NCBI GenBank assembly: GCA_016462905.1
Contig: JAEMSI010000002.1
Coordinates: 41,848 to 105,847 of the forward strand
DNA: 64,000 nt
Origin: Polynucleobacter sp.
GTDB lineage: Bacteria; Pseudomonadota; Gammaproteobacteria; Burkholderiales; Burkholderiaceae
Reading direction: 5' to 3'
Both the position numbers and the translations under genes were made by a program. This document shows positions 33,378 to 43,532 of this stretch, in pieces. Position 1 is the stretch's first letter. Every line of letters starts with the position of its first letter. The notes below the pieces were generated by a model. That model did not search any database, was not told the DNA's origin, and saw only the letters and a list, made by a program, of their open reading frames with translations.

Positions 33378-34586
33378 TTAAGCGACTTTCTTAAGTAGCT
33401 CTCTCAGAATAGAGCACATTAACTGAATTTCATCTTTGCTGACATTGAGTGCAGGCATAAAGCGAAGTAAATTAGGGCGAGGTGAATTAATTAATAAGCC
33501 ATCTGGACCATGATCGCGTGCCATATCAACTAATTTTGAGCCAATCTCGCGATCTAAAATGAGGGCGCGTAAGAGACCTTCACCCCGTTCGCCTTGCAAA
33601 TGAAACTCATCCGATAGTTTCAACAATTCCGTACGAAAAAATAGACCTTTCTCTTTGACGTCTTGCAAAAAACCAGGAGCCAGTAATTGTTCAATGACAT
33701 TAATACCAACCGCTGTCATTAAGGCATTACCGTTGTAAGTCCCTCCTTGGTCACCAGCCACAAAGCAAGAGACAGCCTCAGTAGCAAGAAGAGCAGCCAG
33801 GGGAACACCGCCCCCAATGCCTTTTCCAAGCGTCATGATGTCGGGTTTAATCCCATACAGTTGATGGGCAAAGAGTTCGCCAGTCCGACCAAAACCAGCC
33901 TGAACCTCATCAACGATGAGCAAAATATTTTCATCGCGAGTGAGCTCACGCAATGAACGTAAAAATTCACCGGTACAAGGAATCACGCCACCTTCACCTT
34001 GAATTGGCTCGACCATAATAGCAACGGTTTTAGGGCTAATTAATTTTTTTACCGAATCCAGATCATTTAAATCCGCTTTGGGAAAACCCGGAACTTGGGG
34101 GGCAAACAAAGTATCCCAACCTGGCTTACCCGAGGCACTCATGGTAGCTAAAGTACGGCCATGAAAACTATGATCAAAAGTAATAATTTCGTAAGCGCCA
34201 TGTTTATGGAGTTGCCCCCATTTCCTTGCTAATTTAATCGCGCCTTCATTTGCTTCGGCGCCGCTATTGGCAAAGAAGACTTTGTGAAAACAACTATTGC
34301 TGGTGAGTAGATCAGCCAAACGAATCATTGGTTCGTTATAAAAGGCGGGACTGGGATTAATTAATTTTTGTGCTTGGGCGGTAAGAGCAGCCACCATGCC
34401 TGGGTTGGAATGGCCCAAACAATTCACAGCCCAGCCCTGCAAGAAATCAAGATAGCGTTTACCGCTTTGATCAGTTAGCCACGAACCTTTACCCTCAATC
34501 ATCACGACATCAGGTCGCTTAGTAATGAACATCACTGAATGAGCATTCATTCGGGATTGATCTGAGGTTTTCGCAGGAGTGTTCAT
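33378..34586 (-). CDS. argD: Acetylornithine aminotransferase (class III PLP enzyme)
   Basis: NSGAEANE, FHGRT, EPIQGEGG, DEVQAG, TLGKGIGGG (PLP lysine) and GGTYNGN. Confidence 0.9.
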   Translation of the reverse strand: MNTPAKTSDQSRMNAHSVMFITKRPDVVMIEGKGSWLTDQSGKRYLDFLQGWAVNCLGHSNPGMVAALTAQAQKLINPSPAFYNEPMIRLADLLTSNSCFHKVFFANSGAEANEGAIKLARKWGQLHKHGAYEIITFDHSFHGRTLATMSASGKPGWDTLFAPQVPGFPKADLNDLDSVKKLISPKTVAIMVEPIQGEGGVIPCTGEFLRSLRELTRDENILLIVDEVQAGFGRTGELFAHQLYGIKPDIMTLGKGIGGGVPLAALLATEAVSCFVAGDQGGTYNGNALMTAVGINVIEQLLAPGFLQDVKEKGLFFRTELLKLSDEFHLQGERGEGLLRALILDREIGSKLVDMARDHGPDGLLINSPRPNLLRFMPALNVSKDEIQLMCSILRELLKKVA

Positions 34587-34649
34587 TGGGGCTTTATGAA
34601 GAATTAGGGTTTATTTTATGTTCATTTGCCATGGGCTAGTTAAGTTGTG

Positions 34650-35690
34650 TCAGGCTGTGTCAGCGGCACTAGTAAACGAGTCGGCAAAAAACTCCTCCTC
34701 CGGTAATCGACACTGCGTAATAAAGTCTTTTTTTGCTGAATTGACCACAATGGGAGCCCCGCATGCATAAACCTGTAAGGCAGACATATCGGGAAAGTCA
34801 GCCATGACTGCTTGATGAACAAAGCCTGTTCTGCCACTCCAGCGATCTTCTGGTAGTGCGTCTGATACCACGGGAATGTATTTACAGTTTGGCATACTAG
34901 CTACCCAAGACTCACATAATGCATTGAGATATAAGTCGCTTGGACGGCGTCCACCCCAATACAGCGTGAAGGGCCGTGTCGATTTTATTTCTTGCATATG
35001 CTCAATAATTGCTTTTACTGGAGCAAGTCCCGTTCCTGATGCCAAGAAGATAATTTCTTTTTTAGAGTCTTCGCGCAAGAAGAAACTTCCGAGCGGTCCT
35101 TCAAAACGGAGAATATCTTTTTCCTTTAATTTTTGCGGGCTGGATGGACCACCAAAAACAAAATCGGTAAATAATCCATTCGGCAAATGCCGCAGATGGA
35201 TTTCAAGCGGACCCTCAAGATGAGGAGCCGATGCTAAAGAGTAAGCGCGCCGTTTGCCATCTTTTAATAAAAATTCAATATATTGACCCGCTAAAAATTG
35301 AAAACGATCGGTTGCCGGGAGTTGTAATTTGAGAATAGCAACATCGTGATTTGGGAAACGAATCTCATTAACGCGGCAGGGGACTTTTCGAACCGGCATA
35401 TCTCCACCGCCTACTACCTCTCTCACTTCGATTAGTAAGTCACTCTCTGGATGAGCGCAACAAAAGAGAGCGGATCCTAATTTTTCTTCTTCTGAACTTA
35501 ATGCATTGCTACTGTGTTGACCATGCGTTAACTTGCCCTCAATTAACTTCCCTTTACAGGAGCCGCAAGCCCCATTTTTGCAACCATAGGGGAGGTTAAT
35601 CCCCTGACGAATGGCTGCTTCTAAAATGGACTCATCCGCCTCGACAATAAATTGCTTGCCGCTTGTTTTTACAGTTATTTGATAAGACAA
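34650..35690 (-). CDS. 2Fe-2S ferredoxin / NAD(P)H-flavin reductase (CDP-6-deoxy-delta-3,4-glucoseen reductase-like)
   Basis: PYGCKNGACGSCKG...C cluster, RAYS FAD motif, ASGTGLAP and YACG. Likely TTG start at 35690 after a GGAAGG SD. Confidence 0.88.
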   Translation of the reverse strand: MSYQITVKTSGKQFIVEADESILEAAIRQGINLPYGCKNGACGSCKGKLIEGKLTHGQHSSNALSSEEEKLGSALFCCAHPESDLLIEVREVVGGGDMPVRKVPCRVNEIRFPNHDVAILKLQLPATDRFQFLAGQYIEFLLKDGKRRAYSLASAPHLEGPLEIHLRHLPNGLFTDFVFGGPSSPQKLKEKDILRFEGPLGSFFLREDSKKEIIFLASGTGLAPVKAIIEHMQEIKSTRPFTLYWGGRRPSDLYLNALCESWVASMPNCKYIPVVSDALPEDRWSGRTGFVHQAVMADFPDMSALQVYACGAPIVVNSAKKDFITQCRLPEEEFFADSFTSAADTA

Positions 35691-35726
35691 AACCATTCCT
35701 TCCAATAAAACATTACGATATGAACC

Positions 35727-36632
35727 ATGAGCTCCGCTAGCCGCTTTACCAAAAAGTCACGCATCCTGATTGTAGGTTGCGGCGATATTGGTATGCGGGT
35801 TGCAAAACATCTCATGCTAAAGCAAGGCAAGGCATTTCAAATCTTCGCCCTTACATCAAAAAAACAACGCTTTGCAGAATTAAGAGCTGCGGGCATGAAA
35901 CCCATTTTGGGGGATTTGGATCAGGTAGACAGTCTTTGGAGAATCGCCTCAATTGCTTCTACCGTGATTCATTTGGCACCCCCTCAAAATTCAGGCAGTC
36001 ATGATCAGCGCACACGAAATCTAATCCAAATTTTATCTCAAGCCCCCCATTCTTTACGGAAGTTAGTCTATATTAGTACCACGGGGGTTTATGGTGATCA
36101 TCAAGGGGGGTGGGTTAATGAGACCACGCCTGTTCAACCCCTTAGCGATCGCGCTAAGAGAAGGGTCGATGCCGAACAAAGCGTGCGATTATTTGGGGCG
36201 ACACAAGGCGTCTCAATCAGTATTTTGCGAGTCCCTGGAATTTATGCGGCAGATCGCTTGCCCTTGGAGCGAATTCGCTCGCAAACTCCTGCAGTTTTAG
36301 CCTCAGAGGATTCGTACTCGAATCATATTCATGCAGATGATTTGGCTCGCTTAGTATGCGCAAGCATGTATTTTGGAAAACCACAAAGAGTCATTAATGC
36401 CTGTGATGGCGGCGACTTAAAAATGGGCGATTATTTTGATTTGGTGGCCGATAATTTCAAACTACAGCGAGTCCCGCGTTTACCAAGAAAAGAAGTGAAA
36501 GAATTAGTCAATCCAATGCTCTGGTCTTTTATGAATGAATCGCGCCGTATATCCAATCAACGCTTAGACGAATTAAAAACCCCCTTACATTATCCTAGCG
36601 TGCTGGATTTTTTAAAAACAATCGAGCGCTAA
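35727..36632 (+). CDS. NAD-dependent epimerase/atypical SDR family protein
   Basis: VGCGDIG Rossmann motif, YISTTGVYGD, LRVPGIY and NHIHADDLA. Confidence 0.88.
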   Translation: MSSASRFTKKSRILIVGCGDIGMRVAKHLMLKQGKAFQIFALTSKKQRFAELRAAGMKPILGDLDQVDSLWRIASIASTVIHLAPPQNSGSHDQRTRNLIQILSQAPHSLRKLVYISTTGVYGDHQGGWVNETTPVQPLSDRAKRRVDAEQSVRLFGATQGVSISILRVPGIYAADRLPLERIRSQTPAVLASEDSYSNHIHADDLARLVCASMYFGKPQRVINACDGGDLKMGDYFDLVADNFKLQRVPRLPRKEVKELVNPMLWSFMNESRRISNQRLDELKTPLHYPSVLDFLKTIER

Positions 36633-38425
36633 ATTGACTTCCAACTATCTTTCAATCCCACACTGCGGTTAAAAACAGGCTTGTCTATTTTTGAATCAAT
36701 TGCATCGGCAATAAAGTACCCATGCCGTTCAAATTGAAAACGCTCGCCTGGTTTTGCATGTTTCATGCAGGGCTCTAAATAAGCAGTGATGACTTGTTTT
36801 GAGTGAGGGTTGAGGTAATTTAAAAATTCCTTATCGCCACTATCTGGATTGGGGTCATTAAACAAATAATCATAAAGTCTTACCTCGGTTACCAATGCTT
36901 CATTTGCGCTAACCCAATGAATATTTCCTTTGACTTTGTAATTATTGGAGTCGGGTGTACCGCTTTTGCTATCCGGAAAATAGTTTGCTGTGACTGCGCT
37001 TACTTTTCCATTCGTATCTACTTGATACCCCGTGCACTCAATCACAAATCCGTGGCGCAGACGAACTCGTCCACCGGCCTGATCTCCTTTGGGAGGAAAT
37101 AAACGGAAGTAGCCTTTGACGGGCTCAATCATGAAATCATCGGCTTCGATCCATAGTTCGCGGGTAAAGTGAAACTCCCGTTTACCCCATTCTGGATGAT
37201 TGGGGTGTTTGGGGGCAGAGCAAGCTTCACTTTGATTAGCATCAACATTTTCAATGATCAATTTAAGTGGTTTTAAAACGGCTGTTGCTCGATGTGCTTT
37301 GACATCGAGATCATCTCTGAGCGCTTGCTCAAGAACGCTCATATCAATCCAGCTATCTGCTTTCGAAACCCCAATTCGTTCACAAAATAAACGCAGACTT
37401 TCGGGTGTGTATCCACGCCTACGAATACCGACGATCGTTGGCATACGCGGGTCATCCCACCCATCGACGCGCTGTTCTTCCACCAGCTGTAATAACTTTC
37501 TTTTGCTGGTGATGGTGTAAGTTAGATTCAAGCGGGCGAATTCATACTGTTGCGGGAGCGGCCCTGTAAATACTCCGATCTCTTTAAGAGCATTGAGAAT
37601 CCAATCGTACAAAGGCCGATTATTTTCAAATTCGAGCGTGCAAATGGAATGACTAATATTTTCTAGGGCATCGGAGATGCAATGGGTAAAGTCGTATAGG
37701 GGGTAAATACACCAACGATCACCAGTACGATGATGATGCGCATGACGAATTCGATAAATCACAGGGTCGCGCATCATAATATTGGGATGCTTCATATCGA
37801 TCTTTAGGCGTAAAACATGCTCTCCATCGAGATACTCGCCTGCACGCATAGCGCGAAATAAGACTAAATTTTCGTTTGAGTTTCTTACGCGAAAAGGGCT
37901 GTCTTGGCCTGGGGCGCTAAAATTTCCACGTTTGCTATGAATTTCATCGGCGCTTTGACTATCCACATAGGCTTTTCCCGCACCAATTAATTTTTCTGCA
38001 AATTCATAAAGCTGATCGAAATAATCGCTGGCGTAATATAAATGTTCACGACCATTTTCTTTCCATTCAAAACCAAGCCAGCGCACTGCATCTAATATAC
38101 CGTCCACATATTCGGTATCTTCTTTAACCGGATTAGTGTCGTCGAGTCGCATATGGCAACGACCTTTAGTGGGAAGTTGGTTGTAATCCTGCGCTAAGCC
38201 AAAATTCAGGCAAATACTCTTTGCGTGGCCAATATGCAAATAGCCATTTGGTTCCGGGGGAAAACGGGTGACCACGGCCGGTAATTCAAGACCGTTCGCA
38301 TCAACCCGTTTTAAAAATTTGCCCGAGCTTAAATCGTGGTCAATAATCTGTCGCAAAAAATTAGACGGTTCGCTCACCGTGTTTGTGGGCATATTTTTTG
38401 TTGGGTTTTTGGGATCTTGCGACAT
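36629..38425 (-). CDS. glnS: Glutamine--tRNA ligase
   Basis: TRFPPEPNGYLHIGH, DDTNP, YDFTHC, HSICTLEF, TSKR and QFER. Confidence 0.98.
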   Translation of the reverse strand: MSQDPKNPTKNMPTNTVSEPSNFLRQIIDHDLSSGKFLKRVDANGLELPAVVTRFPPEPNGYLHIGHAKSICLNFGLAQDYNQLPTKGRCHMRLDDTNPVKEDTEYVDGILDAVRWLGFEWKENGREHLYYASDYFDQLYEFAEKLIGAGKAYVDSQSADEIHSKRGNFSAPGQDSPFRVRNSNENLVLFRAMRAGEYLDGEHVLRLKIDMKHPNIMMRDPVIYRIRHAHHHRTGDRWCIYPLYDFTHCISDALENISHSICTLEFENNRPLYDWILNALKEIGVFTGPLPQQYEFARLNLTYTITSKRKLLQLVEEQRVDGWDDPRMPTIVGIRRRGYTPESLRLFCERIGVSKADSWIDMSVLEQALRDDLDVKAHRATAVLKPLKLIIENVDANQSEACSAPKHPNHPEWGKREFHFTRELWIEADDFMIEPVKGYFRLFPPKGDQAGGRVRLRHGFVIECTGYQVDTNGKVSAVTANYFPDSKSGTPDSNNYKVKGNIHWVSANEALVTEVRLYDYLFNDPNPDSGDKEFLNYLNPHSKQVITAYLEPCMKHAKPGERFQFERHGYFIADAIDSKIDKPVFNRSVGLKDSWKSI

Positions 38426-38443
38426 CCCTCTATTGTAGAGAAT

Positions 38444-38470
38444 AAAAAAGCCCGCAATTTGCGGGCTTTT
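38444..38470 (-). terminator. Intrinsic terminator after tctA
   Basis: Minus strand AAAAGCCCGCA-aat-TGCGGGCTTTTTT. Confidence 0.85.
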
Positions 38471-38490
38471 GAAAACAAGCTTGCGTCGAA

Positions 38491-39993
38491 TTATTCTTCG
38501 ACAAAGACCTCTTCGCGCCCTTTTTTAACTGCCGGAAGGGCTACGATCACCACCAAGATCAGCGAGGCGATCAGGAGGCTTAGCGATAAAGGGCGCGTCA
38601 CAAACGTAGTGAAATCCCCACGAGCCAATAAGAGGGCGCGGCGGAAGTTTTCTTCCATCATGGGACCCAATACAAAACCCAAAAGAAGTGGGGCGGGTTC
38701 GCAGCCTAGTTTAAAGAAGAGGTAGCCCAGCACTCCAAAGCCAGCTGTAATGAAGATATCAAAAGTAGTGTTATTTACGGTGTAAACGCCAATACAACAG
38801 AAAACCAGAATGGCTGGGTATAAGAAGCGATAGGGAATCGTTAGCAGTTTTACCCAAATTCCGATCAGGGGGAGGTTTAGCAAAATCAACATCACATTAC
38901 CAATCCACATCGATGCAATTAAACCCCAGAACAAGGCTGGGTTGCTGGTCATGACTTGTGGACCCGGTTGAATGTTATGAATCGTCATCGCTCCCACCAT
39001 CAAAGCCATCACAGCGTTGGGTGGAATTCCTAAGGTCAGCAGCGGAATAAATGAAGTTTGAGCCGCAGCATTATTGGCACTTTCTGGGCCTGCAACACCT
39101 TCAATTGCGCCCTTACCGAATTCTGCGCTGTGCTTGGACATTTTCTTTTCGACGGAGTAAGCGCCAAACGCTGCTAATGGGGCTCCACCGCCCGGAAGGA
39201 TTCCCAAAATAGAGCCAATCGTAGTTCCTCTTAGAATCGATGGAACCATGCGCTTGATATCGCTCCATGTTGGAATGAGAGTAGTCACTTTATTAAGGAA
39301 AGACTCGTCATTGCCCTTCTTCTCTAGGTTGTTCATAATTTCCGCAAAACCAAATACGCCCATCGCGACAGAAACAAAACCGATGCCATCGCTGAGTTGC
39401 GGAATATCAAAGGCGTAGCGCGATACCCCAGAATTGACGTCGGTGCCGATTAGGCCCAGCAAAAGACCCAGCAGGATCATGCCGATCGCTTTAATCAAAG
39501 AGCCAGATGCCAATACAACCGCACCAATTAATCCTAATACCATTAAGGAAAAATATTCTGCCGGACCAAATTTAAAGGCTAATTCAGAAAGGGGCGCAGC
39601 AAATGCTGCCAAAACTAATGTAGCTACGCAGCCCGCGAAAAAAGAGCCCACCCCAGCTGTAAACAGGGCTACGCCACCACGCCCTCGCCGTGCCATTTGG
39701 TAGCCATCAATAGCGGTCACCACCGAAGCGGTTTCTCCCGGGATATTCAAAAGAATGGCGGTTGTAGAACCACCATATTGGGAGCCATAATAAATACCAG
39801 CCAACATAATTAAAGCGGCGATGGGGGGTAAGGCATAGGTCGCTGGCAAGAGCATTGCAATCGTTGCGACAGGACCCAAACCAGGCAAAACACCGATTAA
39901 GGTGCCCAATACACAACCAAAAAAGCAATACATCAAGTTTTGTAAAGTAAATGCAGTTTCAAAACCGAGCGAAAGATTATTGAGTAATTCCAT
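38491..39993 (-). CDS. tctA: Tripartite tricarboxylate transporter permease TctA
   Basis: GTLIGVLPGLG, YGSQYGGS, GILPGGG, GVAGPESANNA and LTLGIPP. Confidence 0.93.
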   Translation of the reverse strand: MELLNNLSLGFETAFTLQNLMYCFFGCVLGTLIGVLPGLGPVATIAMLLPATYALPPIAALIMLAGIYYGSQYGGSTTAILLNIPGETASVVTAIDGYQMARRGRGGVALFTAGVGSFFAGCVATLVLAAFAAPLSELAFKFGPAEYFSLMVLGLIGAVVLASGSLIKAIGMILLGLLLGLIGTDVNSGVSRYAFDIPQLSDGIGFVSVAMGVFGFAEIMNNLEKKGNDESFLNKVTTLIPTWSDIKRMVPSILRGTTIGSILGILPGGGAPLAAFGAYSVEKKMSKHSAEFGKGAIEGVAGPESANNAAAQTSFIPLLTLGIPPNAVMALMVGAMTIHNIQPGPQVMTSNPALFWGLIASMWIGNVMLILLNLPLIGIWVKLLTIPYRFLYPAILVFCCIGVYTVNNTTFDIFITAGFGVLGYLFFKLGCEPAPLLLGFVLGPMMEENFRRALLLARGDFTTFVTRPLSLSLLIASLILVVIVALPAVKKGREEVFVEE

Positions 39994-40011
39994 GGGGTTT
40001 CGTCCGATTCT

Positions 40012-40470
40012 TTAGTTAAGAAAAGCAGGCAATAATTGAAATTGCAATTTCAGGCCTTGCACGAAAGCCAGATAAGTAAACGTAACTAAAATAGCTGCGT
40101 TTAGGGCGGTCCCTTTCCAGCCATACTCATGACTCGCGCTAGCTGAGACAAAGACTAAAACCAAAACCGATAATAAGAAGCCGGCAATGGGCAATAAGAT
40201 TGCATATAAAACCACTGAGCCGGTAATCCAAATCACGATGCGAAAATCCCACTTTCCCATTTTTTCTTCTTTGTTCTTTGCGGACATGGAGTTGAGCAAA
40301 ATATAAAAGCCAATCGCGGTCATGATTGCTCCTAACCAAAAAGGGAAATAGCCTGGCCCCATTTTGGCAGCAGTGCCCATTTTGTAATTAAGTGCAATTA
40401 AGGCAAAGAAGAGTCCAAAAATCATGTACATGATTCCGGCGCCAAAATCTTTCTGATTATGGATTTTCAA
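40012..40470 (-). CDS. tctB: Tripartite tricarboxylate transporter small subunit TctB
   Basis: 152-aa four-TM protein with MGPGYFP, upstream of tctA; AAGGAG SD before a TTG start. Confidence 0.88.
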   Translation of the reverse strand: MKIHNQKDFGAGIMYMIFGLFFALIALNYKMGTAAKMGPGYFPFWLGAIMTAIGFYILLNSMSAKNKEEKMGKWDFRIVIWITGSVVLYAILLPIAGFLLSVLVLVFVSASASHEYGWKGTALNAAILVTFTYLAFVQGLKLQFQLLPAFLN

Positions 40471-40561
40471 AACAATGCTCCTTTTAGTGTCGAATGAATT
40501 AATCGACTTTCATTCATGTTGCTCGATTGTAAGGGTATCGTTATCGGGGGCTCTTAAGGGT

Positions 40562-40590
40562 TTGCCCTAGTTCCTTGCCAATGCGATAAT
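40562..40590 (+). promoter_or_regulatory. Sigma70 promoter of alaS, positioned for leaderless transcription
   Basis: TTGCCC (40562-67), 17-nt spacer ending in TG-C, GATAAT (40585-90), then 7 nt to the ATG with no SD. Confidence 0.65.
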
Positions 40591-40597
40591 CAAGTCT

Positions 40598-43237
40598 ATG
40601 AAAGTCTCCGAAATACGCCAAAAATACCTTGATTTTTTTGCCTCCAAAGGGCACCAAATTGTGGCATCAAGCCCCGTCGTGCCTGGGGATGACCCAACTT
40701 TACTCTTTACCAATGCTGGTATGAATCAGTTTAAGGATGTTTTTCTGGGGTTTGATAAGCGCTCCTATCAACGTGCTACTTCTGCTCAAAAATGCATTCG
40801 GGCGGGTGGTAAGCACAATGATTTAGACAATGTGGGCTATACCGCTCGGCACCATACTTTTTTCGAGATGTTGGGTAATTTTTCGTTTGGAGACTATTTT
40901 AAAAAAGAAGCGATTCAATTTGCGTGGGAATTATTAACCACGGTATTTCAGCTTCCTAAGGATCGATTGTGGGTTACGGTTTATGCAGAAGACGAAGAGG
41001 CTTACGCTATTTGGTTAAACCAAATTGGTATTCCAGCCGAGCGGATTGTCCGAATTGGTGATAACAAAGGGAGTCGCTATGCTTCCGATAATTTTTGGAT
41101 GATGGGCGACACCGGTCCTTGTGGTCCTTGCACTGAAATTTTTTATGATCATGGACCTGAAGTGGCGGGAGGACCTCCTGGTTCAGCCAATGAAGATGGA
41201 GACCGGTTCATTGAAATTTGGAACAACGTCTTCATGCAATTTAATCGCGATGAGGCAGGCAATATGAAGCCATTGCCAAAGCCTAGCGTGGATACTGGCA
41301 TGGGCTTAGAACGAATTGCCGCCGTTTTACAGCAGGTTCATTCGAATTATGAAATTGATTTATTTGTGCATTTGCTAAAAGCTGCCAAGGCTGCAGTAGA
41401 TAATGCAGGAGCAGGTCATTGCGATGCCAATAGCCCATCCTTGAAAGTGATTGCGGATCATATTCGCGCTTGTAGTTTTGTCATCGTTGATGGGGTGATC
41501 CCTGGAAATGCAGGTCGCGGTTATGTGCTACGTCGAATTGCGCGTCGTGCAATTCGGCATGGTTATAAATTGGGCGCACGCCAACCTTTCTTTTATCAGC
41601 TAGTGCCTGCTTTAGTGGCTGAGATGGGTGACGCTTATCCTGAATTACGTGCTTCACAAAATAAGGTCATGGAAGTGCTTCAGCAGGAAGAAGAACGTTT
41701 TTTCCAAACGATTGCCAATGGCATGGAAATATTAGAAGCGGCATTAGCAAAATCAACTAGCGCCACTAAGATGCTCGATGGTGAGACCGCCTTTCGTTTG
41801 CATGACACCTTTGGGTTTCCCCTAGACTTGACTGCTGATGTCTGCCGTGAACGTGGTGTCGCAGTTGATTCTGCTGGTTTTGAGGCTGCCATGGAAAAGC
41901 AGCGTGAGCAGGCACGCTCTTCCGGTAAATTTAAGATGACTCAGGGTTTAAGTTATTCGGGTAAACCAACGCAGTTTCATGGCTACGATTTAAATGTACA
42001 CACAGGCGCTCAAATTACCGCGATCTATCGCGATGGCCTTTCAGTAGACTCAGTCAAAGCAGGTGATCTGGCAGTAATTGTTCTCGATCACACCCCCTTT
42101 TATGCTGAATCGGGCGGCCAAGTGGGCGATTCGGGGGAGCTTAGAAATGAAAAATCGCATTTTTCAGTTGCCGATACCTTCAAAATTCAGTCTGATGTTT
42201 TTGGTCACCAAGGCGAGGTCTTGGAGGGTGAATTGAAAGTAGGTGATACCTTAGACGCCAAGATTAATTTAATTTCACGGCGTGAGACGATGCGCAATCA
42301 CAGCGCTACTCATCTCATGCACAAGGCTCTTCGCGAAGTGCTTGGCGATCATGTGCAGCAAAAAGGGTCCTTGGTTGACCCCCAAAAAACACGCTTTGAT
42401 TTTGCGCATACTGCGCCCGTAAGCCCCCATGAAATTCGACGTATTGAAGATCTGGTGAACGAAGAAATTTTGTCAAATGTGACAACCTCTGCCAAGGTCA
42501 TGCCGCTAGAAGATGCGCAAAAAACCGGTGCCATGATGTTATTTGGTGAAAAGTATGGATCCGAAGTCAGGGTTTTAGAGATAGGCAGCTCCAAAGAATT
42601 GTGCGGTGGAACACATGTGGCTAGAACAGGGGATATCGGTAGTTTTAAAATTACGTCCGAGAGCGGAGTGGCCGCAGGCATTCGTCGGATTGAGGCGGTG
42701 ACGGGTGCAAATACCATTCGGTTCTTGCAAGAACTTGAGGGGCGCTTACAAGATACGGCTGCGATTCTAAAAACCAACAGCCATGAATTGCCAACCCGAG
42801 TTGCGCAATTACAGGATAGTTTGAAGCAGCTCGAGCGCGAAATGCAAAAAGCCAATTCGAAATTTGCTGCCAGTCAGGGAGATGAGTTAGCAGCCAAGGC
42901 AATTGAGCTTAAAGGTTTAAAAGTATTAGCGGTTCAATTGGATGGGGTTGATCCAAAGATTTTGCGCGAAACCATGGATACTTTGAAGGATAAATTAAAA
43001 AGCGCCGTGATCGTCTTGGCCTCAGTTCAAGATGGCAAAGTGAGTTTAATTGCTGGAGTTACAGCCGATGCCATTAGTAAAGTTAAGGCGGGCGATTTGG
43101 TTAATTTTGTTGCCGAGCAAGTGGGTGGCAAGGGTGGTGGTAAGCCAGATATGGCGATGGCGGGGGGGACTAAGCCGGATGGTTTGAAAGCGGCCTTATC
43201 CGCAGTAGAGCCTTGGGTGGCAAAACGTCTTGCTTAA
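40598..43237 (+). CDS. alaS: Alanine--tRNA ligase
   Basis: [33 protein letters not shown], editing NHSATH...ELCGGTH and GGKGGG DHHA1 end. Confidence 0.99.
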   Translation: MKVSEIRQKYLDFFASKGHQIVASSPVVPGDDPTLLFTNAGMNQFKDVFLGFDKRSYQRATSAQKCIRAGGKHNDLDNVGYTARHHTFFEMLGNFSFGDYFKKEAIQFAWELLTTVFQLPKDRLWVTVYAEDEEAYAIWLNQIGIPAERIVRIGDNKGSRYASDNFWMMGDTGPCGPCTEIFYDHGPEVAGGPPGSANEDGDRFIEIWNNVFMQFNRDEAGNMKPLPKPSVDTGMGLERIAAVLQQVHSNYEIDLFVHLLKAAKAAVDNAGAGHCDANSPSLKVIADHIRACSFVIVDGVIPGNAGRGYVLRRIARRAIRHGYKLGARQPFFYQLVPALVAEMGDAYPELRASQNKVMEVLQQEEERFFQTIANGMEILEAALAKSTSATKMLDGETAFRLHDTFGFPLDLTADVCRERGVAVDSAGFEAAMEKQREQARSSGKFKMTQGLSYSGKPTQFHGYDLNVHTGAQITAIYRDGLSVDSVKAGDLAVIVLDHTPFYAESGGQVGDSGELRNEKSHFSVADTFKIQSDVFGHQGEVLEGELKVGDTLDAKINLISRRETMRNHSATHLMHKALREVLGDHVQQKGSLVDPQKTRFDFAHTAPVSPHEIRRIEDLVNEEILSNVTTSAKVMPLEDAQKTGAMMLFGEKYGSEVRVLEIGSSKELCGGTHVARTGDIGSFKITSESGVAAGIRRIEAVTGANTIRFLQELEGRLQDTAAILKTNSHELPTRVAQLQDSLKQLEREMQKANSKFAASQGDELAAKAIELKGLKVLAVQLDGVDPKILRETMDTLKDKLKSAVIVLASVQDGKVSLIAGVTADAISKVKAGDLVNFVAEQVGGKGGGKPDMAMAGGTKPDGLKAALSAVEPWVAKRLA

Positions 43238-43286
43238 GTCTTATGAAATTTTGTGTAATTGATTGGCTGTGATTTAGGAGAGTAGT

Positions 43287-43532
43287 GTGAGTGAAATGAA
43301 TTCAATATTAGTCAACCGCGAAGTAGATGCCATCGGCATGAACTGCCCTTTGCCGATTTTGCGGACTAAAAAAACCCTAGCCGAGATGCAAAGTGGAGAA
43401 ATTTTAAAAGTGAAAGCAACCGATGCTGGTGCAAGCCATGATTTTCCAGCATTTTGCAAGCAAACTGGCAATGAATTAATTGCCACCGAAACTGAGGGCG
43501 ACACTCTTATTTTTTATCTTAAGCGCCGTTAA
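43287..43532 (+). CDS. tusA: TusA/SirA-family sulfur carrier
   Basis: DAIGMNCPLP (CPxP motif), ATDAGA; 81 aa; AGGAG SD. Confidence 0.88.
   Translation: MSEMNSILVNREVDAIGMNCPLPILRTKKTLAEMQSGEILKVKATDAGASHDFPAFCKQTGNELIATETEGDTLIFYLKRR

Noticed and set aside
38336-38725. 129-aa plus-strand ORF spanning the glnS/tctA junction
   Set aside because: It is antisense to both genes and crosses the terminator, with no recognisable domain.
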